This document shows, piece after piece, positions 25,101-32,880 of a stretch of DNA of 32,880 nt (its first letter is position 1; every line of letters starts with the position of its first letter). The stretch is taken from positions 1-32,880 of the forward strand of contig CAXTDO010000003.1 in assembly GCA_964242315.1 (NCBI GenBank), given 5' to 3'. A model generated the notes under the pieces. The model was not told the origin of the DNA. It saw nothing but the letters and a program-made list of their open reading frames with translations, and did not search any database. Source of the DNA: an uncultured Flavihumibacter sp. (GTDB taxonomy: Bacteria; Bacteroidota; Bacteroidia; Chitinophagales; Chitinophagaceae). A program made the position numbers and the translations under genes.

Positions 25101-25255
25101 ATAATATTTATGGCAGACCTCTGTATTCAACCATTATTAACGGATCTGTAACAACTGTTACAATTCCTATGCAGCACCTGCCATCAGGGATTTATACAAT
25201 ATTAGTAAAAGGAAATCAGGGTGTTATGATGTCCGGGAAAATTGTGAAGGAATGA
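22160..25255 (+). CDS. Large secreted LamG (Laminin_G_3) / right-handed beta-helix protein with a T9SS C-terminal sorting domain
   Basis: Signal from ATG 22160 (MKKIYAFCIYYSLFSHSQV). The LamG_3-like block runs ALRFNGSA...TVEMWLKP...WVHVSVI...GLIDEVRIWNVERT. A repetitive N/G/I-rich region with motifs like NCVFRGN / NCVFTGN / NCTFYNN is typical of parallel beta-helix coils. An FN3-like pre-CTD module (LPVTLNSFTV...YELQRSENGTNF...YRLKLVDIDGN) and a T9SS CTD (VFPNPV...LPSGIYTILVKG) close the protein. Confidence 0.75.
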   Translation: MKKIYAFCIYYSLFSHSQVIGQSSNNALRFNGSANAAGSYIEIPDRRNHMEFTEGTVEMWLKPLFTTYNRCFFSEKTDTGTRFSLHMAANNTIGIWNGATYSTVPFPFSFNTWVHVSVIITTLKADIYLNGVFLNRISTGLNNAVSSTTPRIGATGDIVSNENWQGLIDEVRIWNVERTGVQIMSDMNDITTVNNPDLLAYYDFNQGVSNGNNATITNAFDRSPNLQNGTLKNFALTAGSTSNFLEHNNVLLIDPPVNLFVDGGVTNSGDGTSWGTSKKTVTEALTLANAGTVAYTIYVAKGTYKPGSQRTSSFTITRDSIQLLGGYYGNETDLSVRNPKYNATILSGDIGIINNNSDNCNHVLLMVAASGRQLTNATVVDGFTIIGGYAQGAPGAMVNGKLINATSGAGIMLDGSGAGNACSPKINDCIFLNNLSLGEFINVEFFVGQIPAKGGAISIKADNYGKANPEITNCVFRGNGGDIMQGAVVFTDCQDHGMSNPLISNCVFTGNIGSSEMIYDNAAEAGISNLSIVNCTFYNNTPYNLITPYGYNGNLLVSITNCIIQRGSQGIYDESESTVYDINHTTSQYGYEGNNNTASSEYSYFTNPSNPIGADGIWRTADDGLTLKSCATAINSGNNSMASITDITGHTRIVNTVIDRGAYEGLANVIILSSQAVNNQSFIQDGCTGNTWTYYAIPGQPGKLSFAISWGAANTAARNSATINVNTDNANTVQTTASKGIAAMLRYWNVDLHGVRLNAPVSVRFYYDETDIYNMKTSLNDIGPVSEVTWISNIGNPYSPSQVTTDNINNGNYSVLVPAVEGVQDGISFVEFAGINVLTGGTATVTAAADILPVTLNSFTVTPKDCQMLLTWKVSGAVNFKQYELQRSENGTNFITLATVAHNNEQSLYRYTDATLSSSGNYLYRLKLVDIDGNYKVSVIQAARYNCETGKNSMIVFPNPVIAACTVQLATNMRNVSVTLYNIYGRPLYSTIINGSVTTVTIPMQHLPSGIYTILVKGNQGVMMSGKIVKE

Positions 25256-25414
25256 AGTAGCCTTCATAAATATTCCGATCAACTGGTTAAATTCCCATTC
25301 CGTAACTTCATCTACAAATCCGGCATGACCATTTCTGAATTTAAATTAAGGGTCACTGCTGCACTTGTATCAAAACTTGCGTACAGGGGTGAAACAACTT
25401 GAATCAGGGTGAAT

Positions 25415-26662
25415 ATGAACATAAACTTTTACAGTGTACTTACTTTACTGATTGTTCTTACTGCTGTATTCAGTTATGTAAATATCCGGTTCATCAAACT
25501 TCCCGCTACCATCGGCATTATGCTGTTGTCGCTCGTTTGTTCCCTGATCATCGTTATTGGTGGCACTATCAATCCTGAAATTGCACGCCAGCCAATAAAA
25601 ATTATCAGGTCTATAGACTTCGAAACATTGCTGATGCGCATCATGCTCAGCTTTTTGCTATTTGCAGGCGCTATTCATATAGATGTGAAAAGGCTGCAAA
25701 AAGAAATCATACCCATCGCAACCTTTTCCACTATTGGCGTATTAATATCAACCGGTATCATCGGCGGAATGATGTACCTGATTTTTAACCTTTTTCAGTT
25801 ACCCGTTCCATTCATTTATTGCCTCTTATTCGGCGCGTTGATATCTCCCACTGATCCTATTGCGGTGTTAGGCATTTTAAAAGAAGCAAAAATCCCACCT
25901 TCCCTTGAAATAAAGATCGCGGGGGAGTCGCTGTTTAATGACGGTGTGGGTGTAGTAATATTTGTAAGCATTCTTGAAATTGCGCAAACAGGTGTTGACC
26001 ATCTTACTTTCGGACGTTCGGCCCTGACATTCATTCAGGAAGCAGGGGGAGGAATTGTTTGGGGAATATTGCTTGGGAATGCCTGCTTTTACTTAATACG
26101 GTCTATTGATCAGTACCAGGTGGAAGTATTGGTTACATTAGCCATTGTGATGGGAGGTTACCTGATGGCTGACTGGCTTCATATCTCAGGCCCACTAGCT
26201 ATGGTGATTGCAGGAATTATCACCGGTAATAAAACCATGGAAATTGCCATGTCTGATGTAGCTCAGGATTACCTGAAGAAATTCTGGGAACTGATTGATG
26301 AAATATTGAACGCCATGTTGTTCTTACTGATCGGTTTTGAGGTGCTGATCTTTTCCTTTCATTATAAGATTGTATGTATCGGAATAGTAGCGATAGTAAT
26401 CGTTCTGGCTGCCCGCTATATGTCTGTATTTCTGCCCACATTAATGTTGTCTTTCAGAAAACCGTTTGAAAGAAACCAGCTTCGTATCTTAACCTGGGGC
26501 GGACTAAGAGGAGGCATCTCCGTAGCGCTTGCACTTTCATTGCCCGAAAATATGTACAAAAATGAATTTGTATCTATCACCTACATCATTGTAGCTTTTT
26601 CCATTCTGGTGCAAGGTTTAACTATCGGGAAGATGGCAAAAAAGCTGCATGCGGTAAAGTAA
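25415..26662 (+). CDS. CPA1-family Na+/H+ antiporter (NhaP type)
   Basis: About 12 hydrophobic helices with the conserved ion-binding region FGALISPTDPIAVLGILK. Start set at ATG 25415; the track used the GTG at 25409. Confidence 0.85.
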   Translation: MNINFYSVLTLLIVLTAVFSYVNIRFIKLPATIGIMLLSLVCSLIIVIGGTINPEIARQPIKIIRSIDFETLLMRIMLSFLLFAGAIHIDVKRLQKEIIPIATFSTIGVLISTGIIGGMMYLIFNLFQLPVPFIYCLLFGALISPTDPIAVLGILKEAKIPPSLEIKIAGESLFNDGVGVVIFVSILEIAQTGVDHLTFGRSALTFIQEAGGGIVWGILLGNACFYLIRSIDQYQVEVLVTLAIVMGGYLMADWLHISGPLAMVIAGIITGNKTMEIAMSDVAQDYLKKFWELIDEILNAMLFLLIGFEVLIFSFHYKIVCIGIVAIVIVLAARYMSVFLPTLMLSFRKPFERNQLRILTWGGLRGGISVALALSLPENMYKNEFVSITYIIVAFSILVQGLTIGKMAKKLHAVK

Positions 26663-26773
26663 TTGTACTGTTATACGGGGCATCTCATTTGGACGCAGCT
26701 TAAACAGAAGTCAGGTATTTATGTGCATTTCTATATAACTTCACTTATCAATCACCACAACAAATACTTACAG

Positions 26774-27364
26774 ATGAACAGGTTTTTATTATCGGTATTA
26801 ATTTTTAGTAATTGCTTTATCGCATCAGCGCAAAATCAAAAGACCTATCCCATAGCACAAATCAACACCAATAAAGGCCAGATACTCATCTGGCTTTATG
26901 ATGAGACACCAAACCATAAAGCAAGCTTCATAAAACTGGCAAATGAGCACTATTGGGATACCCTCACTTTCAACCGGGTCATTAAAGATTTTGTTGCCCA
27001 GGGTGGTTGTCCTGATACGAAGGAAGGATTCTCAAAGTCACCTTACTTATTGAAGCCGGAATTTAAAACCAAGCTTCGGCACATTTACGGAGCAGTAGGT
27101 GCCGGGCAGGATGGTAATAAAGAAAGACTATCAGCCGGGTGCCAATTTTACATCGTTCAAAATAAAGAAGGTCTTGCCAGACTTGATGATAAGTTTACTG
27201 TTTTCGGTTATGTCTTTAAAGGAATGGATGTGGTGGATCAGATTGTGAGTGTTAAAAAGGATTCAACTGATAAGCCCTATGATCCGATAAGCCTGGATAT
27301 CAAGATCGTTCAAATGTCAGATGCCGAATTGCAAAAAAATGGGTTTGATCGGTTGAAGAACTAA
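26774..27364 (+). CDS. Secreted cyclophilin-type peptidyl-prolyl cis-trans isomerase
   Basis: The ATG at 26774 gives the signal MNRFLLSVLIFSNCFIASAQ. Cyclophilin motifs are FNRVIKDFVAQGG and CQFYIV...FTVFGYVFKGMDVVDQI. The 37-aa track extension upstream has no support. Confidence 0.85.
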   Translation: MNRFLLSVLIFSNCFIASAQNQKTYPIAQINTNKGQILIWLYDETPNHKASFIKLANEHYWDTLTFNRVIKDFVAQGGCPDTKEGFSKSPYLLKPEFKTKLRHIYGAVGAGQDGNKERLSAGCQFYIVQNKEGLARLDDKFTVFGYVFKGMDVVDQIVSVKKDSTDKPYDPISLDIKIVQMSDAELQKNGFDRLKN

Positions 27365-27366
27365 TT

Positions 27367-27446
27367 TCTGAACTGTGATTTATTGATTTAATGTAGACTA
27401 TGAATTGTTTCATAGTCTACATTAAATCAATAAATCACAGTTCAGA
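27367..27446. repeat. Perfect palindrome (38-bp stem, 4-nt loop), TCTGAACTGTGATTTA family
   Basis: 27367-27404 is fully complementary to 27409-27446, checked base by base. It begins 3 nt after the cyclophilin stop. It is about 85 percent identical to the arm of the 3229-3326 element. Confidence 0.95.
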
Positions 27447-27499
27447 CAACTCCGCAAAAATTAATCAGTTTTTTGCAGAAATTAACCAAGCATGGAGAT

Positions 27500-27532
27500 A
27501 ATGTTATTTTTTCAATTATAAAAAATAACATT
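27500..27532. other. AT-only hairpin upstream of the second cyclophilin gene
   Basis: AATGTTATTTTTT (27500-27512) pairs perfectly with AAAAAATAACATT (27520-27532) around a 7-nt loop. It lies 48 nt upstream of ATG 27580. Confidence 0.4.
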
Positions 27533-27579
27533 GTGCAGCGAGAATCTTTCTGATTTAAGAAATCCAAACTCTTTCTGCA

Positions 27580-28176
27580 ATGGCTTCTTTTAACCGGTAT
27601 ATTTTATTATCATCTTTTTGCCTGTTGCAGATGTTATTTGTGAAGGCACAGGTTCAAAAAGTGATGATGCATACCGAAGCGGGTGATATCTTCCTCGAAC
27701 TATATAGCGGTAAAGCTCCTGTAACCGTTAACAACTTTCTTAGTTATGTTGACAAAAAATTGTACGATGGAACTGTTTTCTACAGGGTAGTACATCTCAA
27801 CAATCAACCGGATAAGAAAGTAAAAATTGAAGTAATCCAGGGAGGACTTTATAATGATTCCCTGAAACGCCTGGCTCCGATTGCACAGGAGACTACTGAT
27901 AAAACCGGCATCACCCATCAAGATGGAACAATATCAATGGCAAGAGGCACTCCTGAATCCGCCGGTTCCGAGTTTTTTATATGTATCAACAAGCAACCGG
28001 AGCTGGATTTCGGAGGCCGTCGAAATCCGGACGGGCAGGGCTTTGCGGCCTTCGGGAAAGTGACAAAGGGTATGGAAATAGTTCGTAAAATACAATCGGG
28101 AGAAACAGGCGAAAAAGAAAAAATGCAAACTTTAATTCACCCTGTAAAGATCATTTCTGTAAATCGGATAAACTAA
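27580..28176 (+). CDS. Secreted cyclophilin-type PPIase, divergent paralog with an insertion
   Basis: Signal MASFNRYILLSSFCLLQMLFVKAQ. PpiA-like motifs are GDIFLELYSGKAPVTVNNFLSYV, FYRVV...VIQGG with a roughly 13-aa insert (HLNNQPDKKVKIE), GTISMARG, SEFFICI and FGKVTKGMEIVRKI. Confidence 0.8.
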   Translation: MASFNRYILLSSFCLLQMLFVKAQVQKVMMHTEAGDIFLELYSGKAPVTVNNFLSYVDKKLYDGTVFYRVVHLNNQPDKKVKIEVIQGGLYNDSLKRLAPIAQETTDKTGITHQDGTISMARGTPESAGSEFFICINKQPELDFGGRRNPDGQGFAAFGKVTKGMEIVRKIQSGETGEKEKMQTLIHPVKIISVNRIN

Positions 28177-28348
28177 TGTTATGTCACATATAAAATTACA
28201 GGTAACCATCAGATGTGCGACCGGTTTACTTACAAGTTTAGGTACTACCTTTTCATACGTAAGTTCATACTTGACATAACACTAGCGTTAACAGCTGACA
28301 TCAGAACTTAATCACGAACACCATTACTAATCTATAACCATTATTCTT

Positions 28349-31300
28349 ATGAGAAAAACTTTACTTTACTTATTGGGTTTCCTGGTGTGCACTTTATCGG
28401 TACATGCTCAAACCAGAACGGTCTCAGGAAAAGTAACCTCGCCTGCAAAAGAACCGCTATCCGGTGTAAACGTTGTGATAAAAGGCACTAACATTGGCAC
28501 CATTACCAACATTGATGGTGACTATACAATTAAGATTCCTTCAAAAAACAGCACGCTTGTTTTTTCATATATCGGGTTTAAAACGGAACAGGCTGAAACC
28601 GCCGGTCTTTCATCGGTTAACTTTGAAATGAAGTCAGACCTCAATAACCTGGACGAAGTGGTGGTAACTGCCAACGCTATTATAAGAGAGAAAAAAGAAC
28701 TGGGATATGCCGTATCAACAGTTAATGGCGCTGAACTTACCAAAGCACGCGATGCCAATTTATTAAATTCCATGGCAGGCAAGGTAGCCGGTGTGCGCAT
28801 CTCACAGCAATCAGGAACTGCAGGGGGTTCTACAAAAGTAATGATCCGCGGCGCCAACTCCATTTCAAGCGCCAGCGAACCATTGTTTGTAGTTGACGGG
28901 ATTCCGATTTCCAATTCCTCCTTTAATAATTCTGAAACTGATGCGGTAACCGGCGGTGTTGACGTAGGAAACCGCGCCAGTGACATCAATTCCGATGATG
29001 TTGAAAGTATGACCGTGCTTAAAGGCGCTGCTGCATCGGCGTTATATGGTTCCCGCGCACGTAACGGAGTAATTGTAATCACTACCAAACGGGGAAAGCC
29101 AGGTCAGAAAAAAGCAAACATTTCTGTGAACTCATCTTACAGGACGGACAATGTACTCCGGACACCAGATCAGCAGGATATTTATGCACAAGGCTCCCTA
29201 GGCGTTTACAACAACCAGGTTGGCAACGGCTGGGGACCAAAAATAAGTAACATGCAGGGGCCGGTAATTGACTACAAAGGCGAGTCATCTGCTCCAACAG
29301 CCCATTCAGACAACTGGGGTAAATTTTTTGTCACCGGCCGCACAATTATCAATAGCGTTGCTGCGGACGGAGCCAGCGAAACGGGTGACTATCGTGCGGC
29401 ATTCACCAATCTGAAACAGGCCGGCACCGTGCCCGGATCTCAATTCTCAAGAAACACCATTGCGCTGAATGGCGGAACAAAAATTGGTGATAAGCTCACT
29501 TCAAGGGCATGGGTGAACTACGTACGTTCCACTAGTGACGGCCGTCCCTCACAGGGTTCCAATACTGAAAACATCCTTGCAACCATCTTAACAGGCATAC
29601 CTGCAACGGTTGATATCAATGAACTAAAAAACAATCTGTATGCCACGCCCAGTCAGGCTGTCCCCACCGGCTGGACGGCTGACCTGGCAAGATCCATTGA
29701 CCTGAACGGAGTACAAAATAATCCGTATTGGGTAACCACTTTTAACAAGTTTTCCAATACCGTGGACCGTATTTTCGGAGGTACCAGCCTTAGCTATGAT
29801 CCAACTAAATGGCTTAACCTTACGGGAAGGGCAGGTACTGATTTCTTTACAGAGAACCGTCGCAGTGTTGTAAGAAAAGGTACCCGGGGAAGGCTAAACG
29901 GGCAGTTTGAAACCAATGATATCTTTGAACGCGAATTGCAAACCGACTTAATAGCAAGCGCTGCCGGTAACATCAGCAAAGACTGGTCGGTAAAAGGAAT
30001 TATCGGCCATCAGTTTAACCAGCGCACTGTGCGCCGTTCAAGGGTACTTTCGCAGGGACTGAACATAGACCAGTTGTATACTTACGCAAATGCCCAATCC
30101 AATGTCGCATCCAACTTCAGCAGCAAAAAAGAAATATTCGGCCTATACGGCGACGTTAGTTTCGACTTTCGTGATTATTTATTTCTGAACGTAACAGGCC
30201 GTAACGACTGGAGTTCTACGTTACCGGTTCAAAACAATTCTTATTTTTACCCTTCAGCAAGTGCGTCTTTTGTACTTACCCAGGCTTTCTCCAACCTTGG
30301 AATTGTAAAAAGCGGTGTTTTAAGTTACGCCAAGATCCGGGCTAACTATGCAAATGTCGGTAGCGATGAAGACCCTTATCAACTGGCATTTACCTACAAC
30401 CCGCTTACACAGGCAAACGATATTTACACATTCAATATTTTGTACCCTATCGGCGGAGCATCGGCCTTTGGCGCCACTAATGTACTGCCTCCCGTTAACC
30501 TTAAGCCGCAGCGGCAAACGTCTTATGAACTGGGAACTGAATTGAAATTTTTTGGTGGTCGTGTAGGCCTGGATCTAACGGTGTACAAAAGCCTGAATTA
30601 CGATCAGATCATTTCCATTGCCGTTCCACAGTCTACAGGTTATTCCAGCAAGCGGTTGAATGTTGGTGAAATTTCAAACAAGGGTATAGAGGCGATGCTT
30701 ACTGTTACTCCGATTGAATCTTCCTCCGGATTTCGATGGGATGCCGCTTTTAACTTTAATAAAAACGTAAACAAAGTAGAATCACTGGCGCCCGGCTTGA
30801 ATGAACTGATACTTACGTCCGGAGATGGCTTCGGTATTTTTGTTGTTGCAAGACCGGGACAGACTTTTAATATTCAGGGGGTGGGCTGGCTGAGAGATCC
30901 GGACGGTAATTTAATTATCAATCCAACTACCGGCCTGCGTACCCAGGGAGCCCGTAAGACGCTCGGTAACATTTATCCCGACTGGACGCTGGGTATCAAT
31001 AATTCATTTTCTTATAAGGATTTTGAATTAAATTTTTTGGTTGATATCCGTCAGGGAGGTGTAATAAATTCCCAGACAGTAAGTATTATCCGCGAAGCGG
31101 GAATGGCCAGAGAGACCGCTGTTAATGACAGGAAACCTATAATAGATCCTGGTGTTATTAAAACTCCTGATGGCAAATACCGTCCCAATGATGTTCCGGT
31201 GGCATCGATGCAGCAATACTGGCAGCAACAGGATAATACGGTTAGTCCGGAAAGCAACACATTCGACGCATCGTATGTCAAACTCCGTGAAGTGCGCCTG

Positions 31301-31519
31301 GCATATAACTTCTCCAAAAAGTTTGTCAATAAAACGCCGTTTGGAAATATTGCTCTGGGAGTGGAAGGCAGAAACTTGTGGATCATACATTCAAACGTAC
31401 CACATATAGATCCTGAATCCAACGTATTGGGAACCGGATTGATTGGCGAAGGGCTGGAGCGCGGAAGTATTCCAAGTACCAGATCCATTGGTGCTAATCT
31501 CAGGTTCACCTTACGGTAA
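28349..31519 (+). CDS. SusC/RagA-family TonB-dependent outer-membrane receptor
   Basis: 1056 aa with a signal peptide and a CarboxypepD_reg domain (VSGKVTSPAKEPLSGVNVVIKGTNIGTITNIDGDY). The TonB-box region is LDEVVVTA, followed by a plug (ISSASEPLFVVDGIPI, VLKGAAASALYGSRARNGVIVITTK). The terminal strand is SIGANLRFTLR. Confidence 0.9.
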   Translation: MRKTLLYLLGFLVCTLSVHAQTRTVSGKVTSPAKEPLSGVNVVIKGTNIGTITNIDGDYTIKIPSKNSTLVFSYIGFKTEQAETAGLSSVNFEMKSDLNNLDEVVVTANAIIREKKELGYAVSTVNGAELTKARDANLLNSMAGKVAGVRISQQSGTAGGSTKVMIRGANSISSASEPLFVVDGIPISNSSFNNSETDAVTGGVDVGNRASDINSDDVESMTVLKGAAASALYGSRARNGVIVITTKRGKPGQKKANISVNSSYRTDNVLRTPDQQDIYAQGSLGVYNNQVGNGWGPKISNMQGPVIDYKGESSAPTAHSDNWGKFFVTGRTIINSVAADGASETGDYRAAFTNLKQAGTVPGSQFSRNTIALNGGTKIGDKLTSRAWVNYVRSTSDGRPSQGSNTENILATILTGIPATVDINELKNNLYATPSQAVPTGWTADLARSIDLNGVQNNPYWVTTFNKFSNTVDRIFGGTSLSYDPTKWLNLTGRAGTDFFTENRRSVVRKGTRGRLNGQFETNDIFERELQTDLIASAAGNISKDWSVKGIIGHQFNQRTVRRSRVLSQGLNIDQLYTYANAQSNVASNFSSKKEIFGLYGDVSFDFRDYLFLNVTGRNDWSSTLPVQNNSYFYPSASASFVLTQAFSNLGIVKSGVLSYAKIRANYANVGSDEDPYQLAFTYNPLTQANDIYTFNILYPIGGASAFGATNVLPPVNLKPQRQTSYELGTELKFFGGRVGLDLTVYKSLNYDQIISIAVPQSTGYSSKRLNVGEISNKGIEAMLTVTPIESSSGFRWDAAFNFNKNVNKVESLAPGLNELILTSGDGFGIFVVARPGQTFNIQGVGWLRDPDGNLIINPTTGLRTQGARKTLGNIYPDWTLGINNSFSYKDFELNFLVDIRQGGVINSQTVSIIREAGMARETAVNDRKPIIDPGVIKTPDGKYRPNDVPVASMQQYWQQQDNTVSPESNTFDASYVKLREVRLAYNFSKKFVNKTPFGNIALGVEGRNLWIIHSNVPHIDPESNVLGTGLIGEGLERGSIPSTRSIGANLRFTLR

Positions 31520-31549
31520 TCATTTTAATCACACAAAAAGATTTATAGT

Positions 31550-32880
31550 ATGAAAAAATATTATTCATTGCTGCTGTTAACATCCTTGCTGATGTCGGTA
31601 ACTTCCTGTTTTAAAAACAGTGATATTAATGTTGATCCAAACCGCTCTACCTCTGTAGATCCGGCGTTGTTGTTCAGTGGTGCATCCACGCAGTTTTCAC
31701 TGCTTCGGGTAGCAGAACTTACCTGGCCGGTAGCGCTCGGAAGTCAGATGTGGGCCTCAGGCGGACGCTGGGGTTTACAGCAGGCACAGTATGACCAGAC
31801 CCGTGTTAGAAGCGCCTGGGGGAAAACCTACACAGATGTGCTTAAAAATTTGGATGTGGCTATTAAGCTTGCTGAAAGCACCAAGCCTGTTCCTACCAAC
31901 GCTATCGCTCAATGTAAAATATTAAGTGCTTTTGCCTATTCGCAAACATCGCTTTTGTGGGGAGATATTCCATTTTCTCAGGCGGCTAACGGTGAAACTG
32001 ACTGGCCCAAATTCGATAAGCAGGAAGATGTGTTGAACGGATGCTTAAAACTGCTTGATGAGGCGATCAGTATGATCAATGTAAATACAAAGGGTATCAT
32101 AGCTCCCAATGATCTTTATTATGGTGGCGACATGGCGAAGTGGCGCAGGTTTGCCAATTCACTCAAGTTAAGAATATTGTTTGATATGGTTGATGCCGAT
32201 GCTTCCAAAGCCGCTGCCATTGGAAAGCTCGTTACAGACCATGATGTAATTGCTTCAACGGGTGATGCCATGCTTTTCAAATATTACAATGAACCAGGTC
32301 GTCAGAATCCGCGTTTTTCTTTTACCGCCATTTTCAGGGGTGGCGTACAATCAGACTGGTATTGTTCGAAACCGGTTTATGATCTTCTGGTATCTCTAAA
32401 CGATCCCCGCATCCCCTACTTTTACCAGCCCGGACCTGATGCAGCAGCCGGCGAATTTATCCCATTAAATTCTGTAGAATCGTACACCACCAAATCTGCA
32501 TTGGTGAACATGAACCTGCTTAAACCTGATTTGCCGGAGGTTTCATTTTCTTATTCCGAACAGCTTTTATTTGAAGCAGAAGCTTATGCACGTGGTTTTG
32601 CGGCGGGAGGATTTGCAATGGCAACAGACCGCCTTCGCGCCGGCGTTACCGCCTCTCTGATATCTTTTGGTGTTCCAGCCGGACAAGCGTCAGGTTATGC
32701 ATCGGCGCTTCCTGCGCTTACAGCAGGTAACTACAAAACCATCCTGTCGCAGCAGCAGTACCTTGATTTATTTATGCGCCCGGTAGAAGGCTGGACACAG
32801 CATCGGAGATCAGGAGTGATCGGCCAGGAAATACCTGCAATGAGTCCACCTCTTGGTTCACCCGTGGGTGGATTGATGCG
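31550..32880 (+). CDS. SusD/RagB-family lipoprotein, 3' partial (runs off the window)
   Basis: It is not in the ORF track. I translated from ATG 31550 and found no stop to 32880. The lipoprotein signal is MKKYYSLLLLTSLLMSVTSC, and SusD-like segments include AFAYSQTSLLWGDIPF and QQYLDLFMRPVEGWTQHRRSG. It starts 30 nt after SusC. Confidence 0.8.
   Translation, partial: MKKYYSLLLLTSLLMSVTSCFKNSDINVDPNRSTSVDPALLFSGASTQFSLLRVAELTWPVALGSQMWASGGRWGLQQAQYDQTRVRSAWGKTYTDVLKNLDVAIKLAESTKPVPTNAIAQCKILSAFAYSQTSLLWGDIPFSQAANGETDWPKFDKQEDVLNGCLKLLDEAISMINVNTKGIIAPNDLYYGGDMAKWRRFANSLKLRILFDMVDADASKAAAIGKLVTDHDVIASTGDAMLFKYYNEPGRQNPRFSFTAIFRGGVQSDWYCSKPVYDLLVSLNDPRIPYFYQPGPDAAAGEFIPLNSVESYTTKSALVNMNLLKPDLPEVSFSYSEQLLFEAEAYARGFAAGGFAMATDRLRAGVTASLISFGVPAGQASGYASALPALTAGNYKTILSQQQYLDLFMRPVEGWTQHRRSGVIGQEIPAMSPPLGSPVGGLM

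Noticed and set aside
25325-25402. 25-aa small ORF (MTISEFKLRVTAALVSKLAYRGETT) upstream of the antiporter gene
   Set aside because: It is too short to support from sequence alone, with no promoter box, hydrophobic or leader-peptide logic that I could recognise.
28522-29088. 188-aa minus-strand ORF, plus similar ORFs at 31028-31390 and 31051-31509
   Set aside because: These are shadow ORFs inside the SusC gene. They are low-complexity A/P/S/T-rich translations with no start context, and the plus-strand product has clear TonB-dependent receptor motifs.
19531-32880. GH51 arabinofuranosidase as part of one polysaccharide utilisation locus with SusC/SusD
   Set aside because: The two are 6.8 kb apart on opposite strands. 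Unrelated genes lie between them (T9SS protein, antiporter, cyclophilins). No linkage is supported within this window.

Overview
This is a chromosomal segment of a Bacteroidota genome, probably Chitinophagia or Sphingobacteriia. Supporting this: a SusC/SusD pair, two cargo proteins with T9SS C-terminal sorting domains, Y_Y_Y and 7TMR-DISM sensors, and TAnnTTTG-type promoter boxes. I call 23 protein-coding genes. One of them, a SusD-like gene from 31550 to the window end, is missing from the supplied ORF track because it runs off the edge. I moved 11 ORF-track starts to internal ATGs that sit directly in front of signal peptides or receiver domains. Gene content: an AEC permease, a class-C-like serine hydrolase, and dense two-component signalling between 2.5 and 13 kb (3 kinases, 4 response regulators). 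There is also an S41 peptidase, a membrane-tethered permuted NlpC/P60 (C92/LRAT-like) enzyme and an ECF sigma module. The rest are a GH51 arabinofuranosidase, a ~1031-aa LamG/beta-helix T9SS protein, an NhaP antiporter, two secreted cyclophilins and SusC/SusD. I saw no rRNA, tRNA, CRISPR array, transposase, integrase or phage genes. The most unusual signal is non-coding: at least four sequence families of long, mostly perfect intergenic palindromes with 32-44 bp stems. Two families have two copies each in the window. In one family the differences between copies are mirrored on both arms. In another, a minimal 35-nt form and a 201-nt nested form share identical termini, including the same asymmetric mismatch. 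Secondary candidates are (1) an ECF sigma gene coupled to a protein with a cytoplasmic N-terminus, one TM helix, a long linker and a porin-like C-terminal barrel, followed by T9SS cargo, and (2) an AT-rich block carrying a 7TMR-DISM two-component pair next to the C92/LRAT-like enzyme. All functional calls come from reading motifs by eye; no database search was run.
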